In this document: one piece after another, positions 12,800-25,395 of the stretch
Layout: every line of letters starts with the position of its first letter
Numbering within the stretch: the first letter of the stretch is position 1
Source of the DNA: Chiloscyllium plagiosum
Lineage: Eukaryota
Assembly: GCF_004010195.1 (NCBI RefSeq)
Contig: NC_057719.1
Coordinates: forward strand, 38,178,097 to 38,242,096
Length of the DNA: 64,000 nucleotides
Direction: 5' to 3'
Notes under the pieces: model-generated
What the model was told of the DNA's origin: nothing
The model's input: the letters and a program-made list of their open reading frames with translations, nothing else
Database searches by the model: none
Position numbers and translations under genes: made by a program

Positions 12800-14210
12800 T
12801 GAACATGACCATTTATCACCCTGTCAGTCAATTTGTGCTCATCAGAGTGTTGGGATGTCTCATCAACAGTGCTATCCAGTAGCACTTAACAATAGCCTGG
12901 TCATTGATTTTCAGTTTGGTTCTACCAGTGCCACTAAGTCCTGACCTTATACTGCTTTGGTGCAAACATGGACAAAGAGTTGAGCTCCAGAGGTGAGGTG
13001 AGAGCGACTGCATCAAAGAACCCTGGCAAAAGTGGAGTTAATGGGAATTGGAAACTGCTCTACTGGTTACAGTCATTCCTAGCCCAAAGAAAGATGCTTG
13101 TGATAGTTGGAGGTAGTCCTTTCTGCTGCAGGGCATATTGCAGGAGTTCCTCAGGGTTGTGTCCGAGGCCAACCATCTTCAGCTGATTCAGCAATGACTT
13201 CCATCATGAGTCGGAAATGAGGATATTTGCTAGTGACTGCACATATTCGGCACCATTTGTAACTCCTCAAATACTGAAGCAGAATTAAGACCTGGATAAA
13301 TCCAGGCTTGGTCTGAGAAGTGGCAAGTAACATTTGTGCCACACATGTTAGGCAATAAACATCTCAAGCAGGAGAAAATCTAACCACTATCCCTTGACAT
13401 TCAATAGTATTACCGTTGCTGAATCATCCAACAAAGTATGGGATTGCTGTCAATCAGAAAACAACTGGTCATGTACATAATGTGGCCATGAGTAATCAGA
13501 TGGATAGAAATTTTGTGGCAAGTAATTCATGCCCTGTCTTCCCACAGCTTATCCACCATCTGCTAAGGCTCAGGGCAGTTGTGAGATGGAATACTCTCCA
13601 TTTGCCTGGATGTTGTAGCTCCAAAAGCACTCAAGGTTGACACTATTCAGGATAAAGCAGCCTATTTAATTAGCACCCCAGCCACCATCTTCAACATTCA
13701 TTCACTTCACAATTGGCACAGTGGTGGCAGTATGCCCACTGTTCCCTCTATGCTGTGCCATCATTCTGAAGTACTCTGCATGGTGATCAGTGTCGGCATG
13801 TTGGATGTGGCATTGACTAGAAGTTGCTATGCATATGCCTTGGAGGCCCACACAGCCTTTAGGAAAGTTAGAGGAAATGTGTGCCAACTACAAGATGTAC
13901 TGCAGCAACTCACCAACATACCTTCGACAGCACCGTTCAAATCTGCAACCTCTACCAACAAGGGCATCAGAAACATGGAAATGTCATGACCTGCAAGTTC
14001 TCTCAGCATCCTGAATTGAAACTGTATTATCATTCCTTTTTCGTTGTGGGATCAAAATCCTGGAACACCCTAACAACATTGTGGGTTTTCTACACACCAG
14101 GACTGCAGCAGTTTAAAAAAACAAGCAGCTTATCACCCATCACCTCGGGAGTGATTAGGGATAGCAATCAGTACTACCTCAGCTGGTGATGCTTACATTC
14201 ATGTGAATTT
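12800..14210 (+). mobile_element. Decayed CR1-group LINE (second family), RT to 3' end
   Basis: GGAGTTCCTCAGGG..GGCCAACCATCTTCAGC (GVPQG..GP motif); same family as 24480-25390, 42660-43400 and 50215-51395. Confidence 0.75.
13737..13879. mobile_element. Small hAT-like MITE nested in the LINE
   Basis: Ends CACTGTTCCCTCTA / TTAGAGGAAATG are imperfect inverted repeats; flanks tatgcc/tgtgcc resemble a TSD; LINE sequence resumes on both sides. Confidence 0.5.
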
Positions 14211-14344
14211 TTTAAAAACATGCATTCCCAGAGCTTAAAATCACGCTGTATTCATTGAGGCAACTTTTCATTTTTGATCAAGACTGTTGAATAATTTTTC
14301 TTCTGATATTCAATGATTCATTTATAAGTTGTCATCCTTTGCAG

Positions 14345-14429
14345 TGGTGATGAGATTGAAGAATCCAGTGCAAATGCAGCTAGTATCCTTGACAGTGAAA
14401 TTGAGCCAAGTAAAGAGGCAAAAAAAGAG
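14345..14429 (+). CDS. rcor1: rcor1 exon (acidic linker): (S)GDEIEESSANAASILDSEIEPSKEAKKE
   Basis: tttgcag acceptor, GAG/gtcagt donor; completes the split AG+T codon; resembles the CoREST acidic linker ending ..KKE. Confidence 0.9.
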
Positions 14430-15339
14430 GTCAGTTGTTTTCATTTTTCCATTTAAAATCAGCTGCACACATTGAAGGTATATTGTCTTTAACACAAAGT
14501 TGGCTGGAAGTTGATTTCAGTCAGCATTTTAGATTTTTACCAGCAATTGTGAATTTTGGAATTTGTATGAATGGCCTTATTTGTACAATTTTATTTCTAA
14601 AACTCAAATCCATTCCTGGTGTAACACAACGCTACATACGTTTTAGTTGGAGGTATACTTACACATTTCAGCATTTATCCCAGATATCACTCACTTCAGT
14701 TAATAATCAAATAATCAAAGTCAAGCAAAATGTATCCATTATAATAACTAAGTGGGATATTTCTGAAAGCTTAATTATATTCCTCTAGATTAGGTTTGTT
14801 GAATTCAAAGAATCATGTTTGTTATTGACTTATGGAATTAAGCTATCATATGAACAGGATGCACATTGTAATCTAATTACTATATTGATTTTAAATATTA
14901 TCAATTTCTGATGTATCTCTTTGTATGACTCTGGGAATTTCCCTATTGCAGACTACTAGTTTGTCAGATGAGATATGGGGATGGGAGGATCCCTTCTTAA
15001 TTTATTAATAAAGCTGTTTAACTTGTAAGTAAATGAAAATGCAGTAATTTTTTAAATTGTGTATATTTTTAGGTATAATAATAATGAGATTTTGTGGTTA
15101 CTTCCATGGAAGCAGTGATTTTTTTTTCTCTGTGGATCTCTTGTCTTGAAACAATACACAAATGGACTTGCAACACTTAACAAATTTAGCCAACCGCCTA
15201 AATTTAAGATGACATCTGCTTCTCCCATGCAAATTTGCATTTTTAACGTTAATGCTTTAACAGTGATGTTGTGATGAATTGTAATGAAGCACTACCATGA
15301 AAAGTATCTACTGAGCTAGCTGCAGGCTCCCATGAGACC

Positions 15340-15685
15340 CTAAGATACAGGAGCAGTATTAGGCTATTTGGCCCATCGAGTCTACTCCACCAGCACTTTG
15401 TTGCTGATATGTTTCTCAACCCCATTCTCCTGCCTTTTTCCCTGTAACCCTTGATCCCCCTACCAAATCAAGAACCTATCTGTCTTAAATGCACTCAATG
15501 ACTTGGTCTCTACGGCCCTCTGCAGCAGTGAGATCTACTGATTAGCTGCCCTCTGGCTGAAGCAATTCCTCCTCGTATCTGTTCTAAAGGATTGTCCATT
15601 CACTTCCAGGGCTGTGCCTTCAAGTTCTAGTGTCACGTACTAGTGGAAACATCTTCTCCTTGGCCACTTTATCCAGACCTCTAAG
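15340..15685 (-). mobile_element. CR1 LINE 3' end
   Basis: taagatacaggagcag..aggc.att.ggcccatcgag tail, also seen at 41215. Confidence 0.75.
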
Positions 15686-16045
15686 AGTATCAGCAGTCCC
15701 CAGAATAAACTGCATTTTGAAACTCCCAGCTTGCACCACGTTTAGTCAAAAGGACTTGAGTTGATCTTTATAGAATGATATTGAACTTGAGCTGTTGGAA
15801 TTGAGCATTTTGTTTTTCAAAAGCTGATTCCATGAGTAATTTTGAAAGACGTTAGTCATTTAGTTGAGAATGAGGTGCTTGCAGGGCTATGGATAAAAGT
15901 GTGGACCTGTTGAACTAATCAACGCTGCTTTTTCAGAGACAGTGCAGGCATGATAGAAAAAAATACTGTAGCGCTCTCTTGTCCTGTAAGATTCTGCTTT
16001 TTTTCTGCACCTTATGATTCCAGTGTGTTCCCTTTTATCTTATAG

Positions 16046-16243
16046 CAGGGATCTCAAACTGTGAAAAGCGTCCCACCCAAAAAGGACACAAGAACTGTTC
16101 AAGGAAAGCAAAGAATAAGTCAGAAGCCTCCAAGAGGGATGTTCCTGATTCAAGAGGATCTTGATGCATTATCCACGAGCTCTGGTGCTGCTAACACAGT
16201 TCTCAGACAGCTTGATATGGAATTAGTCTCACTTAAACGTCAA
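16046..16243 (+). CDS. rcor1: rcor1 exon (LSD1-binding linker): (Q)[65 protein letters not shown]
   Basis: KPPRGMFL and [15 protein letters not shown] motifs; tandem acceptor tag/cag (start 16046 or 16049); CAA/gtaagc donor. Confidence 0.93.
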
Positions 16244-16376
16244 GTAAGCTCTGCAACTTCTTCATTTCAGTTAATTTCAGAATTCCTTTCTTGTAACTTC
16301 TCAAACTTTTATAAGAAAACTTGTTTGACTTTCCAATATATACATTTGTATTATACTTACAATATTAGGAATGCAG

Positions 16377-16487
16377 TATTGCAGTATTACTCCTGATGAA
16401 AAGTTTCAACCTGAAACGTTGACTCCCCTTCTCCTCTGTTGCTGCTTGACTTGCTGTGCTTTTTCCAATTCTACTCTTTATCCACCC
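16377..16487 (+). mobile_element. Penelope-type terminal repeat with hammerhead core and TSD
   Basis: CTGATGA at 16393-16399, GAAACGTT at 16413-16420; 17-nt direct repeats caatattaggaa(t/c)gcag at 16360-16376 and 16488-16504. Confidence 0.75.
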
Positions 16488-17054
16488 CAATATTAGGAAC
16501 GCAGCAGGGAAAATTAGTTATGTTTACCATCAGCTAGGATCATTCCTGTTCCTGGCTATTAAACTGGACCTTCAGTTATAAAAATTGCATTTCATTATAA
16601 TACTTAATGATTTCCACGCTTGCTTTTCTGACACAAGACTAAAAGTGTAAATGCATGTTAATTCCAGGTGAAGGGCCCTTTATTAACCAAACATCGTTGC
16701 TGTTCCCTGTGTACTTGTCTGATTCAGTTTGGAATGAAACTAGTTAATGTATAAACAATGGAGATTATTATTTTCTCAAATACCCTTGGTAAATTTTAAA
16801 AAGAAAAAATCTGACGGAAATGTAGATTAAATGCTGAGCTAGTTCCATGCATGTATGGATCATTTTGCAAAGTTAAATTTATGATCATTAATTTGTAAAA
16901 GTAGTAGTTTCTGCAGAAGTGTTTGACTTGTATCATTTCACAACAATATTTATAAAAATTGATTTCACGTAATATCATTCATGAACACTTTGGATTGACT
17001 TGAAACAGCAATCAAGTGTCATTGATTAAAGAATGGAAATACTTAATACGAGTA

Positions 17055-17210
17055 AACAAAAAACCCAAAGAACTGCAGATGCTGGAAGTGAGAACCATTA
17101 AAAGAAATTTTGGGTCCCATTTTGAAGGTCACTGAACATGAAACGTTAACTCTGCTTTCTCACCAAAGTTACTGCCAGACCTGCTGAGTTTTCCCAGGAA
17201 TTTTTGTTGG
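17055..17210. mobile_element. Old Penelope-type terminal-repeat remnant
   Basis: ctgcagatgctgga arm followed by gaaacgttaactctgctttct..gacctgctgagttttc. Confidence 0.55.
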
Positions 17211-17370
17211 TGTATTTAATAGTATTTTCTTAGCCCTCTTGCAGTGTAGTCAACAAAGGGGTGGGTTATTTGTAACTAGACCAGAAGTTCTGGATGGACA
17301 AAACCATGTTTGTTTTTTGGTGTCAGCCAGTCTTCAGTATCTTTACATTTTTGATTTTGAAAGCCCTGTA

Positions 17371-17908
17371 CAGTAAAATTCACAATATCTGGTTCCTCTC
17401 AAATTGGAGCGCTCCACCAAACAGTATTTCCGATTCCGAATACAAATGTACCTTTTCTGGGTATATGTAAAAACAGGATTTCTAAATTGTTACAAAGGGT
17501 TCCTCACAAAACATATATAATGACTTGCACCCAAGCACTAAAAACAGCACATGCAGCACTTATAAATTTTAAGTGGCACTCAAGGAGTTTGCCATTGAAA
17601 ATCAAGCACTGGGTCGGATAACATTATGTCCTTACGATATAATAACAGACAGATGGACTGTGTCAAAGTGTTTGCCTAGAATATTTAGGGGCAAAAAATC
17701 AGAATCTTGTTTTGAATCTTGAATTTTTAAATATAACAGGATTCAAGGTTGCTATATAAAATGTTATGTCAATCTGAAATTATTGTAAAAGTACTGCCTG
17801 CAGTCTATCCTCCAAATAATTGAATTATTAATTGACTGGCTAACTGCCAATGTTAATTTATAGGCACCACCCAACCCTGGTGCTTGCTGGATAAGGCAAA
17901 TTTTACTG
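17371..17908. mobile_element. Tc1/mariner-superfamily (Tigger-like) MITE
   Basis: Perfect 10-nt TIRs CAGTAAAATT/AATTTTACTG, each flanked by TA. Confidence 0.7.
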
Positions 17909-19078
17909 TATTTACTATTGTACAATGCAGACCCAATTGTGTAACAATGGAACCTACCCATTTGACTTGAAATATCAATATATTTGTGCATGTCTTTAAT
18001 CTCTTGAGGCAAGGCTTGAATTGTTGTGCCACTTATTTCAAAGTTGAGTGAATATACAAAGCAGTTATGCTCGAATATATAAAGCAGCAGTTATGATCAG
18101 ATTTACTTAGTCAACATATATTAGTGTAATTGCATGAAGGTTACGTGCACAATGTACTACCCTGCTTCAGTGGGTCATCTTGTTTGTCTTACAAGATGGC
18201 TCTGAACTTTGCTTCCATGAGCATGTCTTCTCTGGAACCTTTCTTCTTCAACTTTTGGCTTCTGTTGCAAAGGCTTTTTTAGTATCTGAGCTCCTGTTAA
18301 ATTCATGAATAATCAATCACAACACTCAAAGCTTTACCACACAATGGTGAGAGGTATTCATCAATTGTGGAAATGAACCACCAAATTGCTTATTTTCTCA
18401 ATGAATTGTATATGATCATCTTAGTTAGGTGTCATTTCACACCTGTTTACAAGAAGAATGTGGTTATACGCTGTTCTTGTAAAATAGATTTCAAGTAATT
18501 TCTAAATTTTTTTCAACACAAAAATGGTCAAAAGTCTTGAAACGTACAGCATATGAAGCCCTCTGGTTTGATGTCCAACCATTAATCTGATTTCATAGAA
18601 TGATGCAGCATAGAACGTGGGCATTCAACTTATCATGCTCGGATAGGATATTATAAGCTGTAATCCATGCTGTTTATTAGATTAGGGAGAATAAAATAGC
18701 TTCTGTTCACACTGTTGATTTACCATCAGTGAATTCTCCCCAAAAAGTATTTCTGTGTGATGTCCAGAGCAATCAAGTTATCTTTGGGTCTGTGGGTAAT
18801 GGCCTGCTAGCACTCACTTTTTAAGCTTATCAATCAAGAATGACAACTTGAGCAAGGTGAAACAGTACATTGTGTCCTTGGAGATGTACACCTGCAAGGA
18901 GTTGATGGCTTCAGAATATAAGGAGGCAAGAAAATAGTCATGCTTTGTCTGTAGTGCTAATAGGAGTATAATCTCTGGGAAGGCTATGTAATATATAAAT
19001 TAAATCTCTCTTAGTCTATCTTTGACAGTTTTATCAGTGACTCTTTGTTTATTGGGTCATTAAAATCTAATATTCTAG

Positions 19079-19156
19079 ATCCAAAATGTGAAACAGATAA
19101 ATGGTGCTCTCAAACAAAAATTAGACGGTGGGATAGAGGAATTCAAGCCACCTGAG
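19079..19156 (+). CDS. rcor1: rcor1 exon: [26 protein letters not shown]
   Basis: ttctag acceptor, GAG/gtaagg donor, 78 nt in frame; CoREST coiled-coil sequence. Confidence 0.95.
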
Positions 19157-21189
19157 GTAAGGAATTGTTCACCTTATTGAATAAAATCAAGGAATAGTAT
19201 ATATTTGCCTGTGCCTCCCCAGCATAATAAGAATTTTAAATTACAATAAAATCCAGTCTTCAATCCATATAATCTTAAGATTACAGGGTGGGTTGATGAC
19301 ACTTAATTTAAACATACAGATAGGCAGTGTCACATTGTGCAAAGCCTTAGTGTCCCACTGTTTGTTAAATTATCTTGTTAGTCTTTTTTTCTTTTCTGAC
19401 CAAGCAACATAATTACTTCAGATAAGCTAATGATCCCAGGCCAACACTGACCAGTATCCTGGCCCTATGTGTTGATCACTAATGAACAGTGTAACAGGTC
19501 TATGCTTTAGAGGATGATGAATTCATCTCCAAGAAAGTTGTACTTAGGACAAGTCCACCTCTTCAACTGACCAGTTTTATTTTAAAACTAAACTATTTTT
19601 GTTGTTTATGCTAATTTTATCTCTCAATATTGAACAGTGAGAAGAATTGTATTTGATAAGCAGTTTAACTTTCAGATAGTATCCAAACACCCACATTTCC
19701 AATCATTTTTGTGTGAAAATGCTTCCTGATTTGACTCCTTAATCAATGAACTCTAATTTTATAATTTCATATCTCATTCTTGATTTCCCCACCAGAGGAA
19801 ATTGTTTCTCTCTATTCAAATCCTTTTTAGCATTTGAAACACCTTGGTCAAACCACTCCTCAGTTTGCTTCACTTGAAAATGTAAGCCAAGTTTGCAACT
19901 TATCCTTCTATTTTAAACATGATGCTATTGTGCTGAATCTGTACAGCACCTGCTTTAAGACCGATATATTCTTGGGAGGATGCAATGCCCAAAATTGAAT
20001 ACAGTCTTTCAGTTAAAATCAGATCACAACACAATTTTATTACCTTTTACTACATATGTTCATAAGCTTCTGTTGATATATCTGGGTTTGTAAACCTCTC
20101 TGTTGCTCTACAGTTCCTTATGTTTTGCCATTTTGAAAATGTTGACTTATCTTTTTTGATTCAAATTGGAACCATTTTGTAACTTGTAGCTCATCACTTG
20201 CTGTTCCCCCTAACCCAGTGTCTATTGCAGATACTAACTCTGGAATTTTTCATCCAAGTTATTAATAAATGTGACATGTTGAAGTCCCAGGGCAGATTCT
20301 TTAGGGACCAAGTGCTGTACAAATATTCTATATAATAGGAGCTGCATAGATATTCTACTGTATTGTTTCAGCCCACCAATCATTTTTCACTTTTTTTTTC
20401 CTTCACCCATTACCTTCTATTTACCAAACCATTTAATTTCCAAGTCAGGGCTACCTTCTATTCGTGTTTTTGTTTATGATCTTTTTTATGAAACCTTTTG
20501 TATGGTTTTGTGCACCTTTTGTATGAGTGTCTTTTGGAAGTGCAGGTGTTTTTTTTGAAGGAGAGTCAGTGAATATTAATGGGTCAATTGGTTTAGGTTA
20601 GTTTTGGGGTTGAAATGAGCTGTCAAAATGGAAGAAGTCCAAGAGTTTTATGAAGTATAGAGGGAAATAATGTGGCACTTTTTTAGAAACTTAGCAACAT
20701 TTATGCTTGTTTTAGCTTGCTTTTGCACCTGTTCGAATCTTAAATTTAGGTTAAACCAGTATGGGAAATTCATAGCGTTTGAAGAAATTAGGACCCTCCT
20801 GGTAGTCAGTGTTTTGAAAAACCTTTACTGGTGTGTTGTCCAATCACCCACATTTTCAATTTTTTTAGGCATGTTGTCACATTGTTGTGTTAACATTTAG
20901 TAGATTACAGATTTGCAATAAGAATTGTCTAAAAATTTGCTATTGCAATTTTAAGCACATAACTGAATTATTTTCTCTTTTTAGTGGTTCTCTGTCTCCT
21001 AAGTCAAAAAATTGTAGATTTGATCCTTGGTCCATTCCCAGTTCAAATGTAGACTGACGCTGAATGTAATGCTGAATCATAGTTTTCGATTTCAAATCTG
21101 TCTTTCAGCTGAGATTAAAGCAAGGTCTTGACAACCATGTTTAAGTGGACTTAAGTCTCCAAATGCATTATTAAGAGCAAAATGGTCTT

Positions 21190-21645
21190 GTGCTGTACTG
21201 ACTTCAACTTACTGTGAACAGTTTTGGTCCCTTTATCAAAGGAAAGATGAATTGGCATTGAAGGTAGTCCACAAAAGATTCAAAAGGTCCTGAATTTGGA
21301 GAATTTTTTTGAGGAAACAGGCTAGACTTGGTTTAGAAGAATGAGAGGCTATCTTGTACGATAACGTTGGTCCACTTGTTTCAGACCAACAGATATAATC
21401 TCAGATGAGGAATTTCTTCTGAGGTTAGTGAATCTATGGCATTCCTTACCACCGAGGTCTGTGGAGACTGGGTCATTAAGTATATTCAAAGCTGAGAGAG
21501 GTTATTAATTAGTAAGGGGATCCAAATTTATGCAGAAAAGGTAGAAAAGTGGAGTTGAGGGTTATCAAGCCAGCCATGATCTCATTGAATGATGGAGCAG
21601 ACTCAATGGGCTGAATGGCCTACTTCTGCTCTTGCTCATTTGGTC
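21190..21645 (+). mobile_element. CR1 3' fragment inserted into a decayed Deu-type SINE (about 20985-21810)
   Basis: tactgtgaacagttttggtcccttta.. and CR1 tail ..gggctgaatggcctacttctgctc; Deu-like sequence lies upstream. Confidence 0.65.
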
Positions 21646-21821
21646 TAACTATTGATGCCAAAATGTATTCAAAAGGTATATTTTATAATATTTATCTTGG
21701 TAAAACATTGCTGCCCTCAAATTATTCTGTCATATTTGCCAAAAAAATTACTGTCCTGCAATTGTAAGTAATTAGTTGTGGGGGAATACTTTAAAACTCT
21801 AAATGCAAATTTGCTCTTCAG

Positions 21822-21879
21822 GCGAATCAGAAAATTAATGCTCGTTGGACAACTGAAGAGCAACTACTAGCTGTGCAGG
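21822..21879 (+). CDS. rcor1: rcor1 exon (SANT2 start): ANQKINARWTTEEQLLAVQ(A)
   Basis: cttcag acceptor, G/gtaagt donor; RWTTEEQLLAVQ SANT2 motif. Confidence 0.96.
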
Positions 21880-21987
21880 GTAAGTGAATTATTCTTGGAT
21901 TTATGCTTCAGCATGAAATGAAAATAAGAATGTTAGCTAAAATGCATTGCTTCTTTGTTATTTAGTCGAGTTCTTTCTTGCCCACAG

Positions 21988-22217
21988 CAATAAGGAAATA
22001 TGGCCGGGACTTCCAAGCTATTTCAGATGTAATTGGCAATAAGACAGTAGTACAAGTGAAAAACTTCTTTGTGAATTATCGCCGTCGTTTCAATCTCGAA
22101 GAGGTTCTGCAGGAGTGGGAAGCGGAACATGGTAGCAGAGAAGAGAATGCAAACGTTGCTGACAAACCTCAAAACTCTCCAGATGTTATTATGAAACTTT
22201 CTGAGGAGGAGGAAGAG
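21988..22217 (+). CDS. rcor1: rcor1 exon (SANT2): (A)[48 protein letters not shown]...KLSEEEEE
   Basis: cccacag acceptor after a 108-nt intron; 3' end placed at GAG/gcaagt (GC donor), which keeps frame with the terminal exon. Confidence 0.92.
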
Positions 22218-22359
22218 GCAAGTCACCAGCTTTTGCCTTAAATAGTTGATTAGACTTGAATGTAATGCATTTTGGAGCCTTGGTAAAATAGCCTTGACAA
22301 GGATGTTGTGTGTGGTGTCTAAAAGTGGAAAACTTTCTGTGTGTAGATTGGTAATTTTT

Positions 22360-22525
22360 GTTTAGCATGGCTCATCCAGCACGTTTGGACTGTGGGTGGA
22401 AACCAGACCACCTGAAGGAAATGCAGACACGTGAGCGTGCAAACTCCACACATACACTCACCTGAGGCTGGAATCGAATCCGGTTCCCTGATACAGTAAG
22501 GCAGCAGTGCTAACCGCTGTCCCAT
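22360..22525 (-). mobile_element. HE1/V-SINE-like tRNA-derived SINE
   Basis: Reverse complement carries A/B boxes (GGTTAGCACTGCTGCC, GGATTCGATTCC) and the V-like core TGTGTGGAGTTTGCAC. Confidence 0.8.
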
Positions 22526-23129
22526 TGTACCACCTTGTATTCAATCATACATGTTTCAATAAAGTGTCCTGATTCTTCTAAATTCCATTGAGTACAAGTC
22601 CACATTTCCTCATTAAAATAATCCCCCTCCCTGTCGGTGTTCAGTTGAGTGAACATTGTGTGGGAGCTTCCAATATTGGTATATTGTTCCTTGGACAAAA
22701 GGAACAAGTTGTTTACAATATTCCAGTTGTTGCTTGTATAATTTTAGCAAGACATTCCTTTTTTTTAAAAAAAAAACTGTTCCCTTTGAAATAAAGGTCA
22801 GCATTCATTTTCTTATCCTATTGCCTGTTGAACTTGGATTCCAGCTTTGTGAGATTCATGCAGTGAGACCCCATTGTTTATAAGAATGAGCCTATGTTAA
22901 TTTTGGCACCTCACTTACTTTTTATATATTTAAACTCTTACTGTCCATTTTCATACTTTTTCTAGATTGTCCTCATGATTAAAAATGGGAGAATATAAAT
23001 TATCTTTTAGCTTTTAAAACTTTCCCAATCCTCTGATTTACGAGTAATCGTTGTCACATTATGTTTTTATTTTCAATTTGATACTCTCCTTAACTTCCTT
23101 GGTTAACCATGGCTGCCTTATCCACTTTT

Positions 23130-24258
23130 GAAGACTTTTTAAAACTGAAATTGGGGGGTTAACTTATACATGAAGTATTGTTTTCGAGGGGCTGAAATTC
23201 TTGCTGTAGTTCGAAATACCATATTATTAGCAGAAGTCTATTTGATCACACAACTAATCCTAGGTAAAGAACAATCCTAAATAGTTTCTGAATCCTAATC
23301 TTCTGTCCATCATCAAGCAGGTGGGCGTTCTGATTGGCAGGCAGTGATGTCATTGGAGGTAGGTGACTGGCACTGCCTCCCTGCCATGTGCATAGGTAGG
23401 GCCTTGCTGATGGGAGGCACTGAAGGTTCGGTAGCCTAGCACCAAATGTGTGGTGGGGGGAGACAAAGAGGGGGGGGCGGTAGCCACTGGAGGAGTTGGG
23501 AGAAGGCCCTATTACACAGCGGCTCACACCACAAACTGTGCTTAAGTTAAAGAAATGAAACTTAAACTGTATGCCCACACTATCATTCTAGAGAGAGCAT
23601 GGATTGTAAATTAACTTAGAATAGTTACATCAACACTAATTAATACGAAATTGGATTTTAAAAGAGGAACAGTGTATCCCGTAAAATCCTCTACCTGAGT
23701 GGATTTTGGAGTTATTCCTCATTGTTTTGGAATTGAACAAAGCAGTATATTGAAATGTCAAAGAATTAAAGATATACTGGTATGTAGCTAATATATCTCA
23801 TTTTTTATTCTGATATAATGGCACAATTAAAATGATTAACGTTTTAATAATATTAGCTATCTGATGTATAGTGAATAAAGGGCAATAAGTGCTGATAGAC
23901 CCAATGGCAGTCTGAATGAATGAATTAAAATGTGCTGTAGTAAACCAAGTGTGGGAAGTAGCATTATGAATGAATAGAGATGCGATATACTGGTAGTAAA
24001 CAAAGAATGATAAGTAGAGTTACTGGTATGAATGAATGAATGCAATTTCATTCAAGTTGGTTAATGGGAGCATTGACTTATTTTCCTCATTATGCAGATA
24101 TTTTCTGAAAAATTTATGAAATTTCAGCAAAATAAGTTAATGGGAACATGAAGTTTCCTTTGTAAGAGGTTTATAATGTGATATAGTAGGATTGACTTAT
24201 ACACAAGATATATGGAAAATACAAGATTTTTGGCCAAAGTAAGGGGTCAACTTATATT
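23130..24258. mobile_element. Probable old Tc2/pogo-type DNA transposon remnant
   Basis: Repeated subterminal motif ggggt(c/t)aacttata(ca) at about 23155, 24192 and 24243; interrupts an old CR1 fragment. Confidence 0.4.
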
Positions 24259-24479
24259 TTCCCCTTTTTATTTCTTGCCTCCACCCATATAGATTCTACA
24301 TGGTGCAATCCAAAATAATTTCTTAGTAACATACTAATTTCATGTTATGCTAATAAAGTCACCACACCACCCTTCTCTTCCCACTTGTCCTTTGGTAAAG
24401 TCACATTAAGTCCCCAGCTTTGGTCTCTTGTTAAGGGTCTCCAAACCTCAGATGCCAACTTTCAGCAACTTCAATTCAT

Positions 24480-25390
24480 TGCACATGATATCAAGAAATG
24501 GATGAAGGCACTTGATATTACAAAAAAAAAGGATTGTCACTGACAACATTCAGCATGATATTGAAGACTTGTGTTCCAGAATTAGCAATATCAACCATAA
24601 AATATGAAAAATTGCGTGGCTGTGTTCACAAAGGGCAGGATGCATCTAAACTTGCCAAAAACTCTCCCATGAGTCTTCTCTGATCTGCAAAATAGTACCA
24701 CAAACAATCTGATATATTATCAAAAGTGGCACTTCTATAGCAATAATTAGATCACTGAAGCTCAGTTTGGGTCTTACCAGGGCTATTTTGCTCCAGATTT
24801 CATTATTCCCAGAAACCAAAAACTGCCAGAGGAGTAGAATTTGAGGTCAGGTGTGAGTGACTGCCCTTGACGTTAAAGTAGCGTTTGACCAAGTTGGACA
24901 TCAAGGATCCCAAAACAACTGTAACAAATGTGATTTTTATTTTTGGGGGCGGGGAAGGGGTGAAGGAGGGAGAGAGGGAGAGACTCTAATGCATTGGGAG
25001 ACAATTATATTTTTTGGAATTCACTCATGTCAATTATAAGGCACAATTGTAGAAATTCATCAGGGTAGTGTCCTACGTCTGATCATCTTCAGCTGCTTCA
25101 TTAATGACCATCTCCATAATAAAATTAGAAATGGGTGTTTTCACTGGTCGTTGTTAGTGACTCCTGAGGTACCAAAGCAGCCTGTGTCCAAGTGCAGCAA
25201 GACCTGCTGACGTCTAGGTTTTGGTTGACAAGTGGCGAGTAACTTTCCTGTCATATACGTGCCAAACAATAACTTTCTGTTAATGAGAGCATTTAACCAT
25301 TTGTCCTCTGACATTCAATGGCACTATTATCGTTGAATCTCCCACTATCGCCATCCTGCGTATTACCATTGACTAGAAAGTGTACTGAAA
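24480..25390 (+). mobile_element. Decayed LINE RT fragment (second family)
   Basis: TALDVKVAFDQV (D..AFD motif) and cagggtagtgtccta (QGSVL). Confidence 0.7.
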
Positions 25391-25395
25391 AAGAC

